Below, one piece after another: positions 55,912-64,000 of a stretch of 64,000 nt of DNA (its first letter is position 1; each line of letters begins with the position of its first letter). The stretch is from assembly GCA_964016885.1 (NCBI GenBank), contig OZ024740.1, positions 400,210,001 through 400,274,000 on the forward strand, read 5' to 3'. The stretch comes from Eledone cirrhosa. Taxonomy: Eukaryota. The position numbers and the translations under genes were made by a program. The notes below the pieces were generated by a model. The model searched no databases and was not told the origin of the DNA. It was given only the letters and a program-made list of their open reading frames with translations.

Positions 55912-57229
55912 GCATAGATATTTCTCTTTCTCTCTGTATATATACATATATATATATATGTATTTACATATATGAAATATCAATGTATTTGCCAATATTC
56001 ATTTACGTAGGCATACAAATATACAAACGTACTGAAGCGGATGGATGGGATTGCGAAATAAGAAAAAGGATTCTGTAGTTTGTAAACGAAATGTGTTTTG
56101 GATTGATAGGTAATATGAATTTAAAAAGATACTATTCGTGATGAAACGCGTTCACGAAGAGCATTTGTTATGTCAGTGTCATCTATATATATATAGAATA
56201 AGCTGCGTTTTCTCACATATAGCATTGCCATCCAAAGAAACCATTTCTCTGCTCACACAAAGTATATATTAATATGTTCGCCTTCGTAATCTTGTTAATT
56301 GCTTATCGTTGATTAGATACATCTGTGTGTTCCAGTTATAACATCAACGATACAAGTGACAAACATGAGGCCAATAACAACAACAACAATAACAACAACA
56401 ACAGCAACAACAATAATAAATGTATCTTCATAAGCGTCAATTTTCTACCACAGTAGAAAAACAGCAATTATAGCAACAGCAACAACAAAAACGGTTTCTT
56501 ATTTTTGGCCCGAAGCTTGCAATTACAGGGTTGGGGAGGTCAGCTTTGCCTTTCATCCTTCCGGGGGTCGATATAAGGTACTAGTAAAGTCCTAGGGCTG
56601 GTAAAATAGACTTTTTCTCATCCACCAAAATTGATGGCCTTTTTCCTAAATGAGAAATCATTATAGGTACTGCTATGCTACAGAGAATTGAATCCATAGA
56701 TTTGCTTGTTCTATATTTTCGACCCTTCCATTCGTCTATCTTCCAATAGTTAGAGTTTCACATCATTCAATCAGTGACTATGTTTAAATACTGGATTGGC
56801 AGCATAAAAAGCTGAGAGCTGTCAACTGGAACAGCAAAACGGAATTCCAAAGCTATATAGATTCCCTAAAAGTAATTAACCAAGTAAATATGAGACTTAC
56901 TACTGTATAGGCGGCACAATGACTACAATTAAATAATATTCTTTTATTTGTAACACCAAACTCTTACATCTGCAGCTACACATATCTTATGAGAGCTGTT
57001 ATGAGAGTTATTTGCCATTTTACTGCGGCAATTGTGTTGGATGGGGGCAAAATAACTTCAATTAAATCTTTGCTGGTACATGACTGGTATTTTATCTTGT
57101 TCCATTAAGTGTGGAACGAATTGACTGATTTTGATCATAAGTCAGCTCCATTCGGTCTTACGGACAATCAAATAATAGCAACAGCAGCTAAACAATAATA
57201 AATGTTAATATCGACATCAATGGAAGTTT

Positions 57230-57420
57230 GGGATGGGCAGAATTGGTGGAGCGTCCAATAAAATTGCATTACTGTATTTGTTCTGCCTCGCTACATTCTG
57301 CGTTTAAATCCCGCTGAGGTCAACTTTGCCTTGATAAAATAAATTACAAGTTAAATACAGGGGTTAATTTAATAAACTTTGTCTTTCTTCCAAATGCCCT
57401 GGCCTTGTGCCTCAATTAAA
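57230..57420 (+). mobile_element. Diverged SINE copy
   Basis: Degenerate A and B boxes, CAACTTTGCCTT, GGCCTTGTGCC tail. Confidence 0.6.
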
Positions 57421-58085
57421 GATCTATACTGTCATTAACAATTTAATTTTTCATTGGTCAGATATGCTGTTACACTACCGGTCTCTAATACTTTTGTAAT
57501 AAGGGAGATTAAACCCGTGTTAGCTGCTGGGCTGTAAGAGGTAATACTTATACAACTTTTTTTAAAACTAGGTTCTAAGTAGTATTAAAGTGAAAACATA
57601 CAAGCATTGTACTCTTGCATGGGTATGAACTAAGAGAGAATAAAGATTTTATCAAATTAAACAATAAATTTAAATATATATGAATCAACGAATCCGGGAT
57701 TCGGCTTTCCCATCAAGGGTTGAGCTTTGAAAGTTACTCACACACAGAGCCAACAATATTTTGAGTCATGTTTCTGATGAGAGAGATGCACTTCGGTAAA
57801 AAGGATTTATTTCTGATAAGAACGATATATTTCTAACTCATCGAACACTGACCTTTTAATTCCATCGATGAAAATACGCAGAGATTGTCCGAACAATTTC
57901 CATGTAGATTACGACCGTAAATGCGGCTCTTAAGGAGGTTCAGTCTGAGAGACCAGATCCTTTTAAGGGTCACTTTGTATGTTACAGTGAAATTCTTATT
58001 ATGTCATCTTTAACGTATCAGGTTTGTTGAGCCATTTCATCCGCGACAATTTTCATTATTCGTTTTCTGTGTATTATGTGAGTGA

Positions 58086-58280
58086 GGGTGGTAGATTGGC
58101 AGTATCGGTAGAGCGTCGGACACCATGCTTCGCAGCATAGAGTTATGGCCTTTTATGGTCTGAGTTCAAATCCCATCGATGTTAGCTTTGCCTTTCATCC
58201 TTACGAGGTTGATAAAATAAAACACCCGTAATTCACTGGGGTCGATTTAATCGATTTCCCCTTCCCAAATTGCTGGCTTT
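58086..58280 (+). mobile_element. SINE copy
   Basis: TTGGCAGTATCGGTAGAG, GAGTTCAAATCC, core motif. Confidence 0.8.
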
Positions 58281-58389
58281 GTTGTTGTTATTGTTACAGC
58301 TCACACCTATGCGGTTTAGTTGGCCTTCTCCAAGGTATATCTCGTTGGAGGTGTCTTAGGTGATTTAATGATAGGGACCCCAATCCCAT

Positions 58390-58532
58390 CATCTCATTTC
58401 TACAGCTGAGTAAACTGGAGCAACGTGAAATAAAGTGTCTTGTTCAAGGAAACAACACATCACCCGGTCCGAGAATTGAACTCACAATCTTTCGATTGCA
58501 AGCCCAATGCTCTAACCACTAAGCCATATGCC
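58390..58532 (-). mobile_element. Second tRNA-derived SINE family (CORE/V-like)
   Basis: Minus strand TGGCTTAGTGGTTAGAGC (A box), GAGTTCAATTC (B box), CCTTGAACAAGACACTT. Confidence 0.65.
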
Positions 58533-58887
58533 TATAGTACAAATCATTATGTGAGTCGGAATGTATTTTCATCTTCAATTGCTTAAGTGCCATTCTAGTT
58601 TTTGCAGAGTAGAAATATTGACGATCTTTCTCCACACACAGTGACTATAAAATGATTCTATATAAACCTCAGTTTCAATCGGCTATGGGTGGTAAACATA
58701 TGCAATACCTTTCTAAACTTTAACATGTAACCTTTCATCATTATTCTCATGAAAATTCCAACGATGATACTTTGTTTCTTTATTAGAAACCAGCTTCTTC
58801 ACATGAATAATTAAAATAATTAAAATACTTGTGTACATACGGACGTACATTTGCATACACTTACAACCTCATATATATATATATATA

Positions 58888-60609
58888 TAGAAAGGATGAA
58901 TATAAAATGAAAGTGCTTTTTTTAAAAAAGGAATTTATTAGGTATTGACATATGTTTCTGTAACAGACGGAATACCTATGTATCGCTGCTTGCGTAATCA
59001 TATAATGTTAGCATGTATTCGATAGCAAATGTATAATCAGTTGTCACTTCTTCAGAGATTTTGGATAAATTGGATAAAATCAGAAAAATTGAAGTATTTA
59101 TATTAGTAATAGAGGAAGAAACAGAGGGGATAGTATATGACAGATGGTAAATTAATTTACTGCTAAACAAGTATATAATGGGTTTCTAATGAGAATACCA
59201 TGAGTAAATCTAAATAAGAATTTTGGGAGTGCCAATTTTAATCTCTACTTGACCAACTGGACAGTGGACAGGGCTGGTCATTTGGTGCAGTAGTATTAAT
59301 TATAAAGTGTCAATTGGGGAAGGGGGAGATTTCGATTGCTACTAAATAACATCAATGCTAGTAGCTAGCTGGTATATGCATTAGGGAATTGAATCAAGAA
59401 ATCAGAAATCTCATTTTATCTATAGCAGTTTGTATTAAAAGGTAAATAATAGAAGAGTTGATAGAATTAAGACTAATAAAGAATGTTAATATCTATTTTG
59501 ACAATCAAACGGGGATAGAGACAGGCGTTCAATCCTGGTAGTATTTATAATATGAAAATGTAGATCTCTGAAGAAGTGACAACTGATTATACATTTGCTA
59601 TCGAATACATGCTAACATTATATGATTACGCAAGCAGCGATACATAGGTATTCCGTCTGTTACAGAAACATATGTCAATCTATATATATAAAACTGTGGT
59701 TGTCTGTCTGTCTATCGATTTTTGGCACACATCTCCTCTTAGAATCTCTCACGGAATTGCACCGAAATTGTTAGACCTGTACATTCAGCCCTAGCGAAGA
59801 CATCGGAAAAAAAAAATTTCAAATTGACCCACCCTATGTGACGAAATCGAATATAATGTATCGATTTTTGAGCGTAAGTTATCAGTTATTTCCCTTTGTT
59901 CTGTTTACATTGAGCGTCTTACGTAAAAAATTACGCTGGCCTTCTCAGCGTTTCGAACAGTTGTCGAGCCAGCAAAATATTGACCTGCAAAATTCATCAG
60001 TTCGAACACTAAGCTTCCGTTTTGCTTCATTTCCATTTAAAAGCATTTTAAAACAATATTTTTACTTGAAAACAAGTCTATTTAAAGACTACGTAAAACA
60101 AGCAAATATTTCGTCGTTAGGCGTGCAGACAGACAGTCGTGCAGAGAGGTGATATAGGCGTGCAGACAGATAGTCGTGCAGAGAGGTGATATAGGCGTGC
60201 AGACAGACAGTCGTGCAGAGAGGTGATATAGGCGTGCAGACAGACATAACTGATAATTTGGTTACGCTAATGTTTTTCTCTGCGTTGCAGTGTTTACATT
60301 TTCGATCTTTGTTAATAAATAACCAGTGCAGTTTCTATCCCCAGCATCCTCTTTTGTTATAACATTCGGGTTATCGTTATGTTTTCTTAACTTCATAAGG
60401 CATATTGTTGGTTGAGGGAATATTAATCAAAAACACCACATGCAAGTCAGCACAGTAGACACTACAGTTTTTAAGCCAAGAAAGAAACTTAACATTGTAA
60501 CTTTAACACAGCTACTGAGCGACCCCGAGCAACGCCGGGCTTTAATGCTAGTACCTAATAAATTCCTTTTTTTAAAAAAAGCACTTTCATTTTATATTCA
60601 TCCTTTCTA
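58888..60609. mobile_element. Inverted-arm element (arms 58888-59059 and 59564-59678 + 60552-60609), probably Penelope-derived, split by a Helitron
   Basis: The ~170-bp arms are reverse complements once the Helitron is removed; left end abuts (TA)n. Confidence 0.75.
59679..60551 (+). mobile_element. Complete 873-bp non-autonomous Helitron
   Basis: 5' TCTATATATATAAAA, 3' hairpin CCCGAGCAACGCCGGG then CTAG, A|T target with no TSD; internal ~38-bp repeat about three times (60118-60246). Confidence 0.92.
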
Positions 60610-60814
60610 CATTTTCTCCGGAATATAATTTATACTCGTTGAGCAAACCTGCACGTACGCTGTTCATCTCTAACGTAACGATATATTATCACTACATTAT
60701 TGATAACCTGAAATGTTATATATATATATATATATATATATAAAGAAAAAGGGATGAAATCGAAAATGCAACTGAAGTCTTATTTTTAAAAAAAATATAT
60801 ATATTTATTTGGTT

Positions 60815-60852
60815 CCTTTACCGGTTTCGCAGTTCTTCTGCTTTTCAAAAGG
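60815..60852 (-). ncRNA. Hammerhead ribozyme, U3-A8 variant
   Basis: Reverse complement of 60925-60962. Confidence 0.72.
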
Positions 60853-60924
60853 TGAGTTGAGATGGAGGGTCTGTGGTTTTTCTCACATCTGTGAGAAAAA
60901 CCACAGACCCTCCATCTCAACTCA

Positions 60925-60962
60925 CCTTTTGAAAAGCAGAAGAACTGCGAAACCGGTAAAGG
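60925..60962 (+). ncRNA. Hammerhead ribozyme, U3-A8 variant
   Basis: CCUU-UUGAAAA-GCAG aagaa CUGC-GAAA-CCGG-UA-AAGG. Confidence 0.75.
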
Positions 60963-61093
60963 AACCAAATAAATATATATATTTTTTTAAAAAATAAGAC
61001 TTCAGTTGCATTTTCGATTTCATCCCTTTTTCTTTATACTTCCACTCGTGTAGGACACCTCGGTTATTTTTCATTTTGTAAAAAAAACCTCAC

Positions 61094-61153
<60 letters not shown>

Positions 61154-61220
61154 TTATTTATTTATTAAAATAACAGATTAAAGTTTAAGCAAAGAATCGC
61201 TGCTTTCACCTTAACCTTAT

Positions 61221-61283
<63 letters not shown>

Positions 61284-61962
61284 ATTGAACCCGGGATAAA
61301 TTTATATATATATATGTATACATACATACATGCATACACACACACATACACATATACATGCATGCAGCCATTCATACATACATAGATATAGATAGATACA
61401 TGCATACATTCATACATGCATACATACATACATACATACATACATACATACATACATACATACATACATACATACATACATACATACATACATACTTACA
61501 TACATACATACTACTCACACATATATTATATGCCAATCAATATTTATTCAAGTATATATTCGAGTCAATAATATCTGAAATGTGATACAGAAGAAGAATT
61601 TCTTTGTTCTATAGATGGTGTAAAAATGTTGAAAATCTCGGAAGGTGCGATATTGAGATAATGGAATCGAAAAGTGGTAGGTTTGCGGTATTTTAAAGAG
61701 AAAAGCAAATAATTGTTTTATGATTAAAACTGATAGCTGCTGGCATGTAAGAAAATTTCACTGACTATGAAAGCGAGTTTAGAAACGAATAATGTGATAA
61801 ATTAATTGAATGCCTCCTGGTCATATATTAGCTAATATTTTGCAACCGTAATTATCATTAGTTCTGATATCAACAAATATCATTAATTTTATTCGTTAAT
61901 TAAACTGCTTAATTTGTTTGCTTGTTTATTGTTGTTGTAAGTTATGATTATTATTGTCATTA

Positions 61963-62083
61963 TTCTGAGTTCAAATCCCGCCGAGGTTAACTTTGCCTTT
62001 CATCCTTACGGGGTCGATGAAATAAAGTATCAGTAATACACTGGGTATTTTGCTGGCCTTGTGCCAAAAATAGAAACAATTAT
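61963..62083 (+). mobile_element. 5'-truncated SINE
   Basis: B box, core and tail motifs. Confidence 0.8.
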
Positions 62084-62379
62084 TGTCATTATTTAAAATG
62101 GTGGATGAGGATTTGTAAATCGATATTTTACCGGAGCAAATCTTGTGTCATTTAGTTCTGAATTCAAATCTCATCTGGGTGAAATTTGTACCTCTATTCT
62201 TCCGTAGTTCACAAGGTAAGCTCTAGTCATATATTTAGTACAATATATGTGTATGTATGTATGTTCTTCTGGTTTTATAATTTCACAAATTTTTACCAAT
62301 TGAGAGAGAGTCAGTTTCTAACATCGACACAATACTCTCTCATTGGAATTTACACAACATCAACTAGGTAGATTATGTA

Positions 62380-62795
62380 TGCATGTCTACATGTGTAGAT
62401 ATGGATGTTATTATATGTGGATGTGTATGTTTTGAGTTGTATGTGTGCATGTGTATATGCTTTGTATCTGTACATGTGTATATGCAGTTATTAGATGCAC
62501 AATTTTTGGAATGTTTTACATATTTTTACTGTTCCATTAATGGATTGTACTTGTAATTTCCTAACTAGTTGTGTTCTTTCTGGTCCTGTGAAGCCCAGCT
62601 TCTCAAGATTTGTATTGAGGCAGTTACTAACATATCCCAGTGCCCCAATAATCACAGGCATAAATTTGAAGGTGTAATCAGGGTGGAGTATCTGCAGATT
62701 TCTCATCAGTTCTGCATAAATATTCTCCTTTTCGATAATCTTTGATATTATATTGGCATCTGCTGGGCAGCTAATTTCCACTACTGTGCATGCTT
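62380..62795 (-). pseudogene. REL-endonuclease 3' fragment of an R4-like LINE next to (CATA)n
   Basis: EISCPAD..EKENIY..PVIIGALG..LQVQSINGTVKICK. Confidence 0.7.
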
Positions 62796-62900
62796 TCTAT
62801 GTATGTATGTATGTATGTATGTATGTATGTATGTATGTATGTATGTATGTATGTATGTATGTATGTATGTATGTATGTATGTATGTATGTATGTATGTAT

Positions 62901-63175
62901 GTCAAGTCACCAGTTGGTGCTACTGGTAACATATATCCCAGTACAACCTGTTTCATGGTCGGGTCGTTGGCGACTAAACTGGCAACCCCACCAAGGTTTC
63001 TTGGTGAGGAGGGTGACTTTGGAGATCCTGCAGGACTAAAAACAAAACCTGTCAAAGGGCAAAGGAGCTCTTAAGAGTCAATGGCCATTCAAAATCACCG
63101 GGAGAGATGACCCCTTAGCCTTTGTCAAGGCAGAATTCTAGGAGAAGGAAAACTCTGATACAACACCTGCAACTC
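62901..63175 (+). repeat. Dispersed repeat resembling an RTE-type 5'UTR; related copy at 63852-63968
   Basis: GCGACTAAAC.G.CAACCCCA..CCTGCAGGAC.AAAACAAA.CCTG.CAAAGGGC is shared; CTAGGAGAAGGAAAACTCTGA motif. Confidence 0.45.
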
Positions 63176-64000
63176 TGATGGTATCCAATGATGTTGACTT
63201 GTTCTTCTTTTTGGTAAATATCATATTGGTTAAGAGAGTGGGACTGGCTTTGTGCAGTGCCTTTGCTCACTATAAAAGCTTCACAGCACAGGCATTGCTT
63301 TATATCTGGAGATCTCTCTGCACTTGTCGCCACATGGTACCATGGGCCCAGCACTATGTGTCAATAATTGTCACAGGCGTAGTGTTTGTACCAGAGTTTT
63401 CAAGTCGCTGGTTGGACTGTAAAATCACACTTGTTCAGCGCATCGGTAGGGGTTCTCCTACATGGATATAAAGTAGTGGCCGTACTCTATAACGAGTTGG
63501 CAGCCACCATGTATGTATGTATGTATGTATGTATGTATGTATGTATGTATGTATGTATGTATGTATGTATGTATGTATGTAGGGATGTATGTACGTATGT
63601 TTAAATTCAAATAATGTAGACCAGTTCTTCTTTTTCGGTAAATGCATTTGATGTTCAGAGAGTGGGATTGGTCCCGTGCAAAGCCTTTCCTCACTTAAAA
63701 ATGCTTTAAGCACTGGCATCGCTTGATATGTGACAATTCGTTGCAAAGTAAGGAATTGCTGGCCTAGCAGGGCTAAAATGCCAAGTATCAAGTGATGACA
63801 TTTCTCGATATCGACTTGCATTCATCATGTATATATGTATGTATGTATGTAGTCGTCGGCGACTAAACCGTCAACCCCATCAAGTTTACTTTTTGGACAC
63901 CCTGCAGGACAAAAACAAAGCCTGACAAAGGGCGGAAGATCTCTTAAGAGTAAACGGCCATCCAAAAATGTATAAATATGTATATACATATGTACATATG

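Larger units (their letters stand above)
60739..61100. mobile_element. Perfect 149-bp-arm palindrome (2-nt loop) plus 62-nt tail, hammerhead in each arm, in (TA)n
   Basis: Arms 60739-60887 and 60890-61038; the family recurs at 6376. Confidence 0.9.

Overview
AT-rich, repeat-dominated eukaryotic DNA with no recognisable host gene. The repeat repertoire looks molluscan/cephalopod-like (inference). Most ORF-track entries are microsatellite artefacts. Supported content: an 80-bp satellite; many copies of a tRNA-derived SINE; a near-complete Tx1/L1-clade LINE; R4/Dong-, CRE- and Hero-like REL-endonuclease LINE relics; two complete non-autonomous Helitrons and one 3' end; a hAT MITE; and a Penelope-like (Naiad-type GIY-YIG) element with 1.1-kb inverted arms. 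The most striking signal is non-coding. At least three unrelated repeat families carry minimal type I hammerhead ribozymes with palindromic stem III. One is a ~440-490-nt tandem, circularly permuted, retrozyme-like family and another has a U3-A8 covariant core. These elements mostly sit in or beside (TA)n tracts as 'tails-out' inverted structures. A second theme is an 11-kb pile of (TAA)n-targeting retroelements in which the SINE shares its 3' tail and orientation with the Tx1 LINE. All folds and alignments were done by eye; none were computed.
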